A stretch of DNA of 62,794 nucleotides, counting the filler, from an uncultured Synergistales bacterium (GTDB lineage Bacteria > Synergistota > Synergistia > Synergistales > Aminobacteriaceae), in the NCBI GenBank assembly GCA_937897575.1. It is 7 parts of 7 records of this genome, joined end to end, with 100 filler letters (N's around TTAATTAATTAA, not from the genome) between each part and the next. Parts side by side here need not be neighbours in the genome. Positions count along the whole stretch, not along the records: positions 1 to 6,403 come from CALCQG010000002.1; positions 6,504 to 8,596 come from CALCQG010000003.1; positions 8,697 to 10,445 come from CALCQG010000004.1; 4 more parts are not named here. One strand, given 5' to 3'. Positions 1 to 10,134 of this stretch are shown piece by piece. The notes under the pieces were generated by a model. The model searched no databases and was not told the DNA's origin. It saw nothing but the letters and a program-made list of their open reading frames with translations. Within the stretch, counting starts at the first letter, position 1. The number at the start of each line of letters is the position of its first letter. The position numbers and the translations under genes were made by a program.

Positions 1-128
1 CTGCCCCCGTTTACAGCCTCGTCCGGGCCCTCGAGCTCCTCGGCGGCAAACGGGGGCAGTCCGCTCTGAAGAAGGAGCGCGACGTGGGCGATGCCCCCGA
101 CGTTTCGGACGGTGAGCTCTTCAATCAT
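1..128 (-). CDS. recN: DNA repair protein RecN, N-terminal fragment (runs off contig)
   Basis: ATG at 128 gives MIEELTVRNVGGIAHVALLLQSGL, like the RecN N-terminus, and it follows nadK as in the usual xseB-ispA-dxs-tlyA-nadK-recN order. The expected Walker A is missing (contig end may be chimeric). Confidence 0.55.
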   Translation of the reverse strand, partial: MIEELTVRNVGGIAHVALLLQSGLPPFAAEELEGPDEAVNGG

Positions 129-134
129 GGGCCG

Positions 135-1016
135 CTACTCCTTTTCGTAGGTGACGATGCCCTTGCCCCATTGGAGTTTCTCGTGCAGAAGGTCGCAGTA
201 GCTTCTCGACGGCAGATGAATGACCCGGACCCCCTTCTCGAGGTTCAGGGCGATCTCGATCTTGTCCCCGGGCAGAATTTCGTACCCGAGCTGTCCGTCC
301 TGGGTCAGAAGCAGATCCCTGTGGTCCCCTCTCGGCACGAGGGTCACCACGTCCTTGTCCCCAGCGAGGACCGGTCGGGCGTAGAGCGTATGGGCGCAGA
401 TGGGGACGATGACCATGCAGTGGACGTGGGGCGGGACGATCGGGCCTCCGGCGGACAGGGCGTATGCCGTCGAGCCCGTGGGCGTGGAGACGATGACTCC
501 GTCCGCCGGGAGGACGTTGAGCAGCCTGTCCCCCAGGTGGACCTCCACGTGCAGCACCCGTGCGAGGGCCCCTCTGGCGAGGACGAGATCGTTGAGGGCG
601 TAGAGGGTGTAGGTCTCCTCCCCGTCCCGGGAGATCCTCCCCTCGAGGACGCTGTGGATCTGCACGGAGTACTTGCCCTTCAGTATGGCCTGGATGTCCT
701 CGGTGGCCTCGTGCTCCTTGCCTGCGGCCAGAAAGCCGAGATGCCCCAGGTTGATCCCGTAGAGCGCGATGGGCGCGCCGAGTATGTAGCGGGCCGCCCG
801 CAGAAATGTCCCGTCCCCTCCGATGACCACGGCGATGTCGACGATTTTCTTCCACTCCTCGTCGCTCGGGCCCTGAAGGCCCAGGATGGAGGCCTCGTAG
901 GGCGGCAGGTGGAAGGGGGCGCCGTTCTTCTTGCCCCACTCCACGAGGAATCTCGCCTTCGCGACGGCCCCCGGCTTCCGGGTGTTGACGAGCATGCCCA
1001 ATACAGGTTCCGCCAT
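135..1016 (-). CDS. nadK: NAD(+) kinase
   Basis: GGDGT, GINLGHLGFL, ND, DGVIVSTPTGSTAYALSAGGP motifs. Confidence 0.97.
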   Translation of the reverse strand: MAEPVLGMLVNTRKPGAVAKARFLVEWGKKNGAPFHLPPYEASILGLQGPSDEEWKKIVDIAVVIGGDGTFLRAARYILGAPIALYGINLGHLGFLAAGKEHEATEDIQAILKGKYSVQIHSVLEGRISRDGEETYTLYALNDLVLARGALARVLHVEVHLGDRLLNVLPADGVIVSTPTGSTAYALSAGGPIVPPHVHCMVIVPICAHTLYARPVLAGDKDVVTLVPRGDHRDLLLTQDGQLGYEILPGDKIEIALNLEKGVRVIHLPSRSYCDLLHEKLQWGKGIVTYEKE

Positions 1017-1022
1017 AGGTCT

Positions 1023-1838
1023 TTACCCTTCCTTTCGAAAAAAGTCGTGCGCCTCGTCCACCACGGCCTCCGGGTCCGGAACGCTCCGTTCCTTTCCGGA
1101 GCCGTCGGGGAGGAGGTGCAGAAGAAATTCGATGTTCCCCTTCGGGCCCGTCACCGGTGAAAAGGAGAGGCCGACGGGCTTGAGCCCCGTCTCCGCCGAA
1201 CAGAAGGCAAGGATCTCCCGGAGGACGGTCCGGTGGTCCTCCTTCGCCCGGACGACGCCCCCCTTCCCCACCCGGCCCTTGCCGATCTCGAACTGCGGTT
1301 TCACGAGCACGATGCTCTCGCCCTCGGGGGCCAGAATGGACCGGATGGCCGGCAGCACCAGCTTCAGCGAGATGAAGGAGAGGTCCGCCACGACCAGGCC
1401 GACGGCGCCGCCGAAGTCCTCGGGCGTTACGGCCCGGGCGTTCACCCGCTCCATGACCGTTACCCTCGGGTCCTGACGGAGCATCCACGCGAGCTGCCCG
1501 TACCCCACGTCCACGGCCCACACCCGCCGGGCCCCCCTTTCGAGAAGCACCTGGGTGAACCCGCCCGTGGACGCGCCGAGGTCCACGCAGTCCCTGCCCT
1601 CCGGCGACGTGCCGAAGACCTCGAGCCCCTTCAGGAGCTTGTGGGCCCCCCTGCTCACCCACCGGTCCCCGTCGCCCCGGACCGTCACCGAGGACGAGGA
1701 GGAGACCATGGTCCCGCTCTTCTCCACCCTCATGCCGTCGGCGAAGACCCGTCCCGCCGCGACGAGGGCCTGGGCCTTCGCCCTGGAGTCGGCGAGGCCC
1801 TCAGAGACCAGTCGTCTGTCGATCCGTTCCCGCTGCAT
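1023..1838 (-). CDS. tlyA: TlyA family rRNA (cytidine-2'-O)-methyltransferase
   Basis: Start reset to ATG 1838 (MQRERIDRRLV). S4 domain, VSRGAHKL, DLGASTGGFT, DVGYGQL, KPQFE, GPKGNIEFL. Confidence 0.95.
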   Translation of the reverse strand: MQRERIDRRLVSEGLADSRAKAQALVAAGRVFADGMRVEKSGTMVSSSSSVTVRGDGDRWVSRGAHKLLKGLEVFGTSPEGRDCVDLGASTGGFTQVLLERGARRVWAVDVGYGQLAWMLRQDPRVTVMERVNARAVTPEDFGGAVGLVVADLSFISLKLVLPAIRSILAPEGESIVLVKPQFEIGKGRVGKGGVVRAKEDHRTVLREILAFCSAETGLKPVGLSFSPVTGPKGNIEFLLHLLPDGSGKERSVPDPEAVVDEAHDFFRKEG

Positions 1839-3687
1839 GGCGCACATACCGCTCGACGATCCCCTCGGGCGTGAGGGCGCAGGCCCGCCTCTGCTCCTCC
1901 ACCGTCCCCTGGGGGACGAACCGGGCGGGGACGCCTGCGCAGGAGACCCGGCAGGGGTGATCCATTGTCTGGGCGAAGGCGGAGAGGGCCTCGCCGATCC
2001 CCCCGGCCGCATACCCCTCCTCGACGGCCACGGCGAAGGAGTGCCCCTCGAGCATTGCACGCAGGGTCCGGGCCGGAAAGGGTTGGATGCAGGCGAGGTC
2101 CACGACCGTCGGCACCGGAAGGTTGGAGCGTTCGGCGAGGGCTCTGGCCTCGAGCGCGAGGGGCACGCCTCCGCCGTAGCCGAAGAGGATCCACTCCGTG
2201 CCCTTCGTCAGGATCTCCGGCTCGAGGGGCGACGTCCGTGAAGTGCCCTCCACCCCCGGGATCTCCGCCGGGGCCTCGCCCCGCGGAAAGCGAAGGAGCG
2301 CGGGCGTCCCCTGGTGCAGGGCGAAGCGGAAGAGCGCCTCCAAGGTGCGCTCGTCCCGGGGAGCCGCCACGGTGAGGTTCGGAACGGCACGGCACCACGG
2401 AATGTCGAAGAGCCCCTGGTGGGTCTCCCCGTCCTCTCCGACGAAGCCCGCCCTGTCCACGGCGAAGAGGACGGGAAGGTTCTGGAGCGCCACGTCGTGG
2501 ACGAGCTGGTCCATGGCCCTCTGAAGGAAGGTGGAGTAGATGAAGACGATGGGTCTGAGCCCTCCGGCGGCCATCCCGGCCGCCATGGTGACCATGTGCC
2601 CCTCCTCGATGCCCACGTCGAAGATCCTGTCGGGGAATCGGTCGGCGAAGGCCTCGAGCTTGCACCCGCACTTCATGGCCGCCGTGAGGCAGACGACCCT
2701 CCGGTCCTCCTCGGCGAGACGCAGGGCGCCCAGCGCTGCCGAATCGCTCCACGTCCGGGGCGCTGCCTCGGTGCAGGGGCTCTCCCGGCGGGGCGAGACG
2801 CCGTGATAGCCCGTGGGGTTCTCCTCGGCCTCCCTCCACCCCTTGCCCTTGACGGTGACGACGTGGAGAAGCACGGGGCGGTCGTACCGCTTCGCGAGCT
2901 CGAAGACGCCGTCGAGCTCCTGGACGTTGTGTCCGTCGAAGGGCCCCCAGTAGTTGATCCCCATCTCGTCGAAGATGGTGGGCAGCCGCACGATGGACTT
3001 GAGGTGATCCTTTATCCTGCTCAGCAGGTTCTCCACGACCTCGCCCCTGGGAAAGGAGGAGCAGGAATCTTTGATGGCCTTCTTGAGCCAGTTGTACGTG
3101 CTGTTGGCGCTGAGGCGGGCGAGGTGCGTGGCGAAGCCGCCGATCCTCGGGCTGATGGACATGGTGTTGTCGTTGAGCACGTAGATGACCTTGGTCCCCG
3201 CATCCTTCGTGTAGTTGAGGGCCTCGAAGGAGAGCCCGTTCAGGAGGGCGGCGTCCCCGATCACGGCCACGGTGTGGTGCTTCTGGCCCAACATGTCCCT
3301 GGCCTTGGCGTACCCGAGGACGGCCGAGAGGGAGGTGCTGCTGTGCCCCGTGTCGAAGTGGTCGAAGGGGCTCTCCCGTCTCTTCGGAAAGCCGCTGATG
3401 CCGCCGGACCGGCGGAGGGTCGCGAAGGCGTCCTTCCGCCCCGTGAGGATCTTGTAGGCGTAGGTCTGATGCCCCACGTCGAAGACGATGCGGTCCACCT
3501 CCGGGTCGAAGCTGCGCAGCAGGGACAGCGTGAGCTCCACCGTCCCGAGGGAGGAGGCGAGGTGGCCTCCGTTCGTCAGGACCACGGAGACGATGTGCCC
3601 CCGGATATCCCGGGCGAGCTCCGTGAGCTCCTCGGGCGAGAGCTTCCCTATGTCCTTGTACCCTTCGATCCGGTCGAGCAGGGACAT
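1801..3687 (-). CDS. dxs: 1-deoxy-D-xylulose-5-phosphate synthase
   Basis: GGHLASSLG, DVGHQTY, TGHSSTS, GDAAL..N TPP motif, DVGIEE, DRAG..GEDGETHQG. Confidence 0.98.
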   Translation of the reverse strand: MSLLDRIEGYKDIGKLSPEELTELARDIRGHIVSVVLTNGGHLASSLGTVELTLSLLRSFDPEVDRIVFDVGHQTYAYKILTGRKDAFATLRRSGGISGFPKRRESPFDHFDTGHSSTSLSAVLGYAKARDMLGQKHHTVAVIGDAALLNGLSFEALNYTKDAGTKVIYVLNDNTMSISPRIGGFATHLARLSANSTYNWLKKAIKDSCSSFPRGEVVENLLSRIKDHLKSIVRLPTIFDEMGINYWGPFDGHNVQELDGVFELAKRYDRPVLLHVVTVKGKGWREAEENPTGYHGVSPRRESPCTEAAPRTWSDSAALGALRLAEEDRRVVCLTAAMKCGCKLEAFADRFPDRIFDVGIEEGHMVTMAAGMAAGGLRPIVFIYSTFLQRAMDQLVHDVALQNLPVLFAVDRAGFVGEDGETHQGLFDIPWCRAVPNLTVAAPRDERTLEALFRFALHQGTPALLRFPRGEAPAEIPGVEGTSRTSPLEPEILTKGTEWILFGYGGGVPLALEARALAERSNLPVPTVVDLACIQPFPARTLRAMLEGHSFAVAVEEGYAAGGIGEALSAFAQTMDHPCRVSCAGVPARFVPQGTVEEQRRACALTPEGIVERYVRHAAGTDRQTTGL

Positions 3688-4589
3688 CAGTTTGCCCTGT
3701 CCACGAGGGATTCGGCGAGGGCCGCGAAGAAGAAGGTGTCTCCCCGGACGGCCTTCAGCGCCTCCACGGCCCTCCGGCTTTCCTCCCGCGCGAGGGCCCG
3801 GGCTTCGTCGACGCCGAAGAGAGAGACGAAGGTCCGCTTGTTCTGCGCCTCGTCCTTGCCCGGCGTCTTCCCGAGCGCCTCGGGGGACGAGGTGACGTCC
3901 AGGATGTCGTCCTCTATCTGGAAGGCTGTGCCGAGGTGGTCCCCGTACCGCGCGAGACCGTCGACGGACGCGCCGTCCGCCCCGGCGAGGATCGCCCCCG
4001 TCAGCACGGCGGCCCGGATGAGGACGCCCGTCTTCTGTCGGGCGACGGCCCAGGGGTGCTCGTCCGACGGGATGGCGCTCTCGTCGTCCGTATCGAGGAC
4101 CTGCCCACCGCAGATGCCCGACGGCCCCAGCGCGTTGGCGAGGACGAGCAGGGCGCCGCAGATCCTGTCAGAGGGAATGGCGAGGCGGGCAAGCTCGGCG
4201 AGGGGGTACTCGAAGGCCCAGGCCATGAGGGCATCGCCCGCCAGAATGGCGATGGCCTCCCCGTAGCGCACGTGGTTCGTCGGCTTCCCCCGCCGGAGGA
4301 CGTCGTCGTCCATGGCCGGCAGGTCGTCGTGGATGAGGGAGGCCGTGTGGATCATCTCGAGGGCGAGGGCCATGGGGAGGCTCCTCTCCCGCGCCATGCC
4401 GAAGAGCGCCGCCGCCTGCACGGTGAGCACCGGACGAAGACGTTTCCCTCCCGCCGTCAGGGAGTAGGCCATGGACTCCATCAGCCGCTCCGGCGTGCCC
4501 TCGGGCCGACGGGCGCAGAGGTCCGCTATCCCCCGCTCCACGAAGGCCCGGGTGTCGGCGAAGGCGGCCGCAAAGTCCGGAGTGGTCAT
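3687..4589 (-). CDS. ispA: Polyprenyl (farnesyl) diphosphate synthase
   Basis: [35 protein letters not shown] motifs. Confidence 0.96.
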   Translation of the reverse strand: MTTPDFAAAFADTRAFVERGIADLCARRPEGTPERLMESMAYSLTAGGKRLRPVLTVQAAALFGMARERSLPMALALEMIHTASLIHDDLPAMDDDVLRRGKPTNHVRYGEAIAILAGDALMAWAFEYPLAELARLAIPSDRICGALLVLANALGPSGICGGQVLDTDDESAIPSDEHPWAVARQKTGVLIRAAVLTGAILAGADGASVDGLARYGDHLGTAFQIEDDILDVTSSPEALGKTPGKDEAQNKRTFVSLFGVDEARALAREESRRAVEALKAVRGDTFFFAALAESLVDRAN

Positions 4590-4795
4590 TCGTCCTCCTC
4601 CTGAAGGGGCTCTTCCCCGCCGTCGGACAGGAGGACGGAGACCCTCCGGGTGGCCTCGTCGAGGTAGGTCAGGCAGTCGTTGATGAGGGCGACGCCCTGT
4701 TCGAAAAGGGAGAGCGACTCCTCAAGAGGAAGGGGCTCCTTCTCCAAACGCGCGACGACCTTCTCTATGGCTTCCATTTTCTCGCTGAACTTCAT
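4586..4795 (-). CDS. xseB: Exodeoxyribonuclease VII small subunit
   Basis: [42 protein letters not shown] upstream of ATG 4795; upstream of ispA. Confidence 0.93.
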   Translation of the reverse strand: MKFSEKMEAIEKVVARLEKEPLPLEESLSLFEQGVALINDCLTYLDEATRRVSVLLSDGGEEPLQEEDE

Positions 4796-4834
4796 CGGAA
4801 CCCCTCCTTGTCCCATGAATTGTACAAAAAAAAT

Positions 4835-4863
4835 TTGCTCCCCGCACCCCTATGTGGTAGAAT
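4835..4863 (+). promoter_or_regulatory. sigma70-type promoter of rpmB
   Basis: TTGCTC-N17-TAGAAT with TG extended -10 and an A-tract upstream. Confidence 0.7.
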
Positions 4864-4906
4864 TCATCCGTTTGATCGAAAACGTTTGCTGCAAGGGGGA
4901 AGTACC

Positions 4907-5101
4907 ATGGCTAGAGTATGTGAATGTTGCGGACGGGGACCTGCCACGGGCAACGCCGTCAGCCATTCGAACCGCCATACCAGACGGCGCTGGCTCGTGA
5001 ACCTCAGAAGCGTGAAGGCGGACGTCGGCGGCGGAGAGTCTCTCAGGATGAGGGTCTGCACGCGGTGCCTGAAATCCGGAAGAGTGAAGCGGGCTGTGTA
5101 G
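4907..5101 (+). CDS. rpmB: 50S ribosomal protein L28 (Cys-containing form)
   Basis: [51 protein letters not shown]. Confidence 0.97.
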   Translation: MARVCECCGRGPATGNAVSHSNRHTRRRWLVNLRSVKADVGGGESLRMRVCTRCLKSGRVKRAV

Positions 5102-5120
5102 CGGCCCGCTTTTTTTATTA
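5088..5120 (+). terminator. Intrinsic terminator overlapping the rpmB stop codon
   Basis: AGCGGGC...GCCCGCT stem followed by a T run. Confidence 0.7.
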
Positions 5121-5849
5121 TTATTGCCACGTGAGGTACACCCCGAGCACCCCATCCCCCAGCGCCACCGAGGGCGTCCCGTTTTCGCCCGGCCTGTTGC
5201 TGACGGCATAGGGACGGCCCTGAAACAGATCGGTCCCCGATAAACCCCAGAACGTACCGGACAGCCGAACGTCGGAACAGACCTCCGAGAGGGGGAGCAG
5301 CGAGAGGACGGCTCCCTTTTTGCGCCCGAGGCGAAGGTCCATCCGCTCTCCGCCCCTGAGGAGGAGGAGGATCTCCCTGTGGTCGGCGAAGGCCCGGACC
5401 GTCGCCCCCCACTCCGAGGCCCAACGGGCGGAGAAGATCAGGGAGAAGAGGTGGTCGAACCGACCGCCCCAGCAGCCCGTCACCACGATGGGCTGCCCCG
5501 GCCTGTCCCTGCCCGCGGCAAACAGGGTGAGCTGAAGATCGGTCCAGTCCTTGTCGGCCGGGAACCGCTCCACGGCGGCGCCTCGCCGGACGGTCCGGTC
5601 CCAGGCCGCGCGGGGGGTGCTGTCGCCGTCGCCGATGAGGCGATGGGGCTCGAAACCGCCTTTAAGGCAGGCGACGAGCCCCGAGTCGGCACACCACAGC
5701 TCTTTTTTCGGGAAAAAGGAGGCCATCCACCGCAGCGAGGGCTGTCTTCCTCCTGCGACGACCACGAGAGGGGCCTCTCCATGGACCTCTCCCCGGTAGA
5801 CCGCCTGGACTCTGGGGAGTCGGAGCGTCCAGACGTCACTCGTCGTCAT
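5121..5849 (-). CDS. thiN: Thiamine diphosphokinase
   Basis: CADSG, IGDGDS, KDWTDLQL, GGRFDH, VSN motifs. Confidence 0.9.
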   Translation of the reverse strand: MTTSDVWTLRLPRVQAVYRGEVHGEAPLVVVAGGRQPSLRWMASFFPKKELWCADSGLVACLKGGFEPHRLIGDGDSTPRAAWDRTVRRGAAVERFPADKDWTDLQLTLFAAGRDRPGQPIVVTGCWGGRFDHLFSLIFSARWASEWGATVRAFADHREILLLLRGGERMDLRLGRKKGAVLSLLPLSEVCSDVRLSGTFWGLSGTDLFQGRPYAVSNRPGENGTPSVALGDGVLGVYLTWQ

Positions 5850-6403
5850 CGGAGCCGGAGCCCGTCAGGAGGTCCCGGGCCGTCTGTTCGTCCACCAGCA
5901 GCTCCCTTGGCCTCGAGCCGTCGGGAGGGCTGACGATACCGAGCTGCTGCAAGGTGTCCACAAGGCGGGCGGCCCGCGTGAACCCCACGCGCAGACGCCG
6001 CTGCAGGCCGCTGGCCGACGCGATCCCCGATTCGATGACGATGTCCAGGGCCTCCTTCAGCAGGGGGTCGTCGGTGTAGGCCGTATCGCCGCCAGAGGAC
6101 TGGTCGCTCCCCTGCTCCTCGATGTCCACGTATTCAGGGTCGCCGAAGACGTTCCGCAGATAGGCGATGATCTCCAGGTTCTTCCCGTCGTCGATGAAGG
6201 GCGACTGAAGCCTGAGGGGCCGGGGGTACTTCGAGCTGACGAAGAGCATGTCGCCCTTGCCGAGGAGCCGTTCCGCCCCCGAGACGTCGATGATCGTCCG
6301 GGAGTCCGTCTGGGACGGGAGGGTGAAGGCCACCCGGGCCGGGACGTTCGCCTTGATGAGCCCCGTGATGACGTTCACCGAGGGGCGCTGGGTCGCCAGG
6401 ATC
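5836..6403 (-). CDS. ftsK: FtsK/SpoIIIE DNA translocase, C-terminal fragment
   Basis: ILATQRPSVNVITGLIKAN.P.R.AF, GAERLLGKGDML, gamma domain LQRRLRVGFTRAARL; 5' end lost in gap. Confidence 0.95.
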
Positions 6404-6503
6404 NNNNNNNNNNNNNNNNNNNNNNNNNNNNNNNNNNNNNNNNNNNNTTAATTAATTAANNNNNNNNNNNNNNNNNNNNNNNNNNNNNNNNNNNNNNNNN
6501 NNN
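6404..6503. other. Artificial contig linker (N44-TTAATTAATTAA-N44); identical linkers at 8597-8696, 10446-10545, 27071-27170, 49500-49599, 57086-57185
   Basis: Six identical 100-nt spacers with stops in all six frames; genes are cut on both sides. Confidence 0.98.
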
Positions 6504-6735
6504 CCTGCCGTTAGACAGGCAGGCCAGGGAGGCCGCCGTGCTCCTGCTCCGGACCGCCAAGGGGATCGATTGCGAATACTTTGCGTCGCGCTACGGGGAT
6601 GAGGTGCTCGAAGACATCCTCTCGACCGTGAGGCGGGACGTGCCGGGGGACTGCCTCGCCTGGCGCAACGGGGGCGTCGCCCTGTCGCCCCGGGGGATGC
6701 GCGTCGGCAACGCCATATGGAGCCTCATCATCTGA
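6504..6735 (+). CDS. Radical SAM HemN/HemW family, C-terminal fragment
   Basis: EAAVLLLRTAKGID...F..RYG...LSPRGMRVGNAI resembles HemN_C. Confidence 0.7.
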
Positions 6736-6861
6736 GCCGGCCATAGCCCAGAGGTCCACAAACCCCGAGCCGGCCCATGGGCGCGGCTCAGGCTGGCCGC
6801 AGGCGAACGGACCACCGGGAAAACGCGCTACCGTCCGCCGTGCTTCATCCGGAAACAACGG

Positions 6862-7488
6862 CTAGATCGTGAGCACCTTTCCGGCTCCGAGGAGGGCCTC
6901 CGTGATCTCGAACATGTTCGAGACGGTCCCGACGCCGACATCCTGAGTGATGCCGAAATGGTTGGTGCACGTCCCGCAGACGAGCACGTTCGCCCCCTTG
7001 GACTGAAGGGCCGTCAGATGGTCGCACGTGGCGGTGTTGCCCAGCGCAAGCTTGACGCCCTCATTCATCAGCGCCACGGCCGAGGGGGGAGTGGGGAGCT
7101 GAGCCAGTGTGCCGAGGAAGCTCTTGATGAGGACCTCTCCGAGGACGGGGTCGTTCCCGCCGAGGACGCCTCGGGTTATCAGGACCGCCACGTCGCCGGA
7201 GCCCTCATGACACGGCGAAGGCCTCTCGCCCTTCGCCGAACCGTCGGGCGCGACGGCCGCGGCCGATTTTCCCGCGCCTGGAACTCTCGCGCCGCGGACG
7301 GTGATGACGCCGTCCTCGTCGCTCAGCTGCGGGGCATATCCGTTCTTTTCGAGAAAACGCTGCACGTTGGACGCCGAGATCGCATTGTCCAACACGACCT
7401 CGATGACCTCGTCCCCCGCCTCAACCCTGGCCTTCGTCATGATCACGGGCTGGGGGCAGCTTTTCCCCCGAGCGTCTATTCTGTTCAT
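6862..7488 (-). CDS. yedF: Sulfurtransferase-like selenium metabolism protein YedF (TusA/SirA + DsrE domains)
   Basis: IDARGKSCPQPVI (TusA CPxP), LGEVLIKSFL, LMNEGVKL, CGTC, GTVSNM; divergent from selA. Confidence 0.9.
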   Translation of the reverse strand: MNRIDARGKSCPQPVIMTKARVEAGDEVIEVVLDNAISASNVQRFLEKNGYAPQLSDEDGVITVRGARVPGAGKSAAAVAPDGSAKGERPSPCHEGSGDVAVLITRGVLGGNDPVLGEVLIKSFLGTLAQLPTPPSAVALMNEGVKLALGNTATCDHLTALQSKGANVLVCGTCTNHFGITQDVGVGTVSNMFEITEALLGAGKVLTI

Positions 7489-7640
7489 CCTCTCGCCTCC
7501 AACGCAAGAATGGGCTGCTTTTTCCACACAGTGTATTATTATAGAGTAGAATGAGAAGCAATACAAAATCGACGGCTGTACGGCCCGACGAAGGGACGAC
7601 ACAGGGCACAACGAGACCTTTTCCGGAAGGAGCAACCTTT

Positions 7641-8596
7641 ATGAAGACAGCATCAGGTGGAGCACAGGGGCTTCGGCAGATTCCCCCGATGGACGCCCTG
7701 CTTTCGGAGGGGCCCGTCGCGGCTTTTTTCCCCCATCTGGGGTGGGATACGGTGAAATCCGTCCTGGACGGCGCGCTCGCCGAGGAGCGAAAGGACATCC
7801 TGGACGGACGGCGGCGCGAATCCTCCGTGGCCTCCGTTCTGCGCCGGGCGCTCCCGACGCTGGAACGGCTGAAGCGGAACAGCCTGACCCCCGTGGTGAA
7901 CGCGACGGGCGTGGTGGTGCACACGAATCTGGGGCGCTCCTGTCTCGCCCAGAGGGCCATCGAGGAGGTCGTCGCCGTCGCCGGACGGTACAGCACCCTG
8001 GAGTTCGACCGTGAACTGGGCCGCAGGGGGCACAGGAGCGACCACGTCGAATGGCTGCTGAACAGAGTATCCGACTCCGAGGCCAGCCTCGTGGTGAACA
8101 ACAACGCCGGCGCGGTGCTGCTCGTCCTCTCCGGGCTCTGCGCCGGGCGTGAGGTCATCGTCTCCCGGGGCGAGCTCGTGGAGATCGGCGGCTCCTTCAG
8201 GATACCGGAGATCCTCTCCTTCTCGGGGGCGCGCCTCGTCGAGGTGGGGGCGACCAACCGGACGCACCGCGGCGATTTCGAGCGCGCCATCACCGAGAAC
8301 ACCGCCGCGATCCTCAAGGTGCACCCGTCCAACTTCCGGATGGAGGGCTTCACATCCGTCGTGCCGCGCCCCGAACTGGCCGCCCTTGCACAGGAGCGGG
8401 GCATCCTGTTTCTCGAGGACCTGGGCAGCGGGTCGCTCCTCGACATGACCCCTTCCGGCCTTCCGGGCGAGCCGACGGTGGGGCAGTGTCTCCGGGAGGG
8501 CGTGGACCTCGTGACCTACTCCGGCGACAAGATGCTCGGCGGCCCCCAGATCGGCGTCGTCGCCGGCGCCAAAAAACTTGTGGACAGGCTGCGAAC
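7641..8596 (+). CDS. selA: L-seryl-tRNA(Sec) selenium transferase, 3'-truncated by gap
   Basis: NATGVVVHTNLGR, VVNNNAGA, SRGELVEIGGSFRIP, EDLGSG, SGDKMLGGPQ. Confidence 0.97.
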
Positions 8597-8727
8597 NNNN
8601 NNNNNNNNNNNNNNNNNNNNNNNNNNNNNNNNNNNNNNNNTTAATTAATTAANNNNNNNNNNNNNNNNNNNNNNNNNNNNNNNNNNNNNNNNNNNNATGA
8701 TAATTTTATAGTTGAAGGTAAAATATA

Positions 8728-10134
8728 ATGAAAGATGATATAATTAATAATCAGGAGCTCTTTTGGGAGGGAGGGCAGGCGGTCTATCGCCCCGCCGGAG
8801 GGTATGCCGAGGTGGCTGCGCTGGTGAAGAGCATCCGGGCGGAGAAGGATCGCTCCGTTCTTTTCTTCGACTGCGGAGATACGATGCACGGGACGTATCC
8901 GGCGATCCAGACGAAGGGTGGCGCCATGGTGCCAGTGCTGAACGCCTTGGAGCTGGACGCCATGACGGTGCACTGGGAGTTCGCCTACGGACCGAAACGG
9001 CTCCTGGAGCTCGCTTCGCAGATGCGCTTCCCGGTTCTGGCGGCCAACGTCTTTTCCAAGGACACCGGCGCTCCGTTCCTTCCGCCCTACGCGATAAAGA
9101 CCGTCGGACCCCTCCGGATCGGCGTAATCGGACTGGCCTCCAACATCGTGGACAAGACGATGCCCCCTCATTTCAGCGAGGGAATTCGGTTCACCATGGG
9201 CGAGGAGGAGCTGCCCACCATCGTTGCGACGCTCAGGGAAAAGGAACGGGCCGACATGATCATCCTGATCTCGCACCTCGGTTTTCCTCAGGAGATGAAG
9301 CTGCTCTCCAAGGTTCCGGGGATCGACGTCTGCCTGAGCGGGCACACCCACAACAGGCTTCACGCCCCGGTCGTCCAGGGAGGAACAGTCGTGATGCAGT
9401 CCGGGTGTCACGGCTCTTTCATCGGCCGCCTCGATCTGGAGCTTCGGGGCGGGAAGATCACCCATGTTCTCCACCGCCTCATCGAGGTCACCGGCGAAAC
9501 GGGACGGGACGGCGACATGGCGGCGCTCATCGACAGCGTCGTTGCGCCCTATGAGGACGAGCTGAACGTCGTGGTCGGCGAGACGAGGACCGCGCTGAAC
9601 AGGAACAGAATGCTCGAGACGACCATGGACAACTTCCTCCTGGCGTCCATACGGGAGGCCTGCGGGACGCAGCTCGCCTTCTCGAACGGCTGGCGGTACG
9701 GGGCGCCCGTCGTTCAGGGGCCCATCCGCGTCAACGACCTCTACAACATGATCCCGATGAACCCTCCTCTTTCGACGGTGGAGCTGACGGGCCAGGAGAT
9801 CCTGGACATGCTTGAGGAAAACCTGGAGAGGACTTTTTCGCACGACCCCTACGGCCAGATGGGCGGGTACGTGAAAAGGGGCCTGGGGCTGACAGTCTTC
9901 CTCAAGATCGAAAACCCGGCGGGCCATCGAGTGCAGCAGATCTTCATCGGTTCCGAAGCGCTGCAACGGGATGCCACGTACACCGCCGCCTTCGTCACGG
10001 ACCAAGGGGTGGCGAAAAAGTACGGCCGCAACCGCAAGGACCTGCCCATCCGCGCCGTCGAGGCCATGACGAACTACCTCGCCGGACACAGCCCCCTGTC
10101 GGTTGAGCTTGCGGGGTCCTTCGTCGCGGTCTGA
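8728..10134 (+). CDS. Metallophosphoesterase/5'-nucleotidase family, SoxB-like; true N-terminus missing
   Basis: DCGDTMHG, HWEF, LISHLG, LSGHTH, SNGWRYG and a 5'-nucleotidase C-domain; first DxH motif absent at the contig edge. Confidence 0.85.
   Translation: MKDDIINNQELFWEGGQAVYRPAGGYAEVAALVKSIRAEKDRSVLFFDCGDTMHGTYPAIQTKGGAMVPVLNALELDAMTVHWEFAYGPKRLLELASQMRFPVLAANVFSKDTGAPFLPPYAIKTVGPLRIGVIGLASNIVDKTMPPHFSEGIRFTMGEEELPTIVATLREKERADMIILISHLGFPQEMKLLSKVPGIDVCLSGHTHNRLHAPVVQGGTVVMQSGCHGSFIGRLDLELRGGKITHVLHRLIEVTGETGRDGDMAALIDSVVAPYEDELNVVVGETRTALNRNRMLETTMDNFLLASIREACGTQLAFSNGWRYGAPVVQGPIRVNDLYNMIPMNPPLSTVELTGQEILDMLEENLERTFSHDPYGQMGGYVKRGLGLTVFLKIENPAGHRVQQIFIGSEALQRDATYTAAFVTDQGVAKKYGRNRKDLPIRAVEAMTNYLAGHSPLSVELAGSFVAV

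Noticed and set aside
84..4266. Long + strand ORFs over nadK/tlyA/dxs/ispA, and similar antisense ORFs throughout
   Set aside because: Antisense shadows caused by GC3 bias; no motifs, and the opposite strand holds recognisable genes
6448..6459. Recurrent TTAATTAATTAA as a biological repeat
   Set aside because: Always centred in N runs of fixed length; it is an assembly linker
6734..6800. Short repeat GAGCCGGCC(C)AT with hairpin between convergent genes
   Set aside because: Two copies only; most likely a terminator region, not CRISPR or REP
7519..7528. Single DnaA-box match TTTTCCACA upstream of yedF
   Set aside because: Isolated 9-mer, expected by chance
7641..10134. Functional link between selA and the SoxB-like gene, and between parA and the oxidoreductase operon
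   Set aside because: Separated by artificial linkers; different contigs
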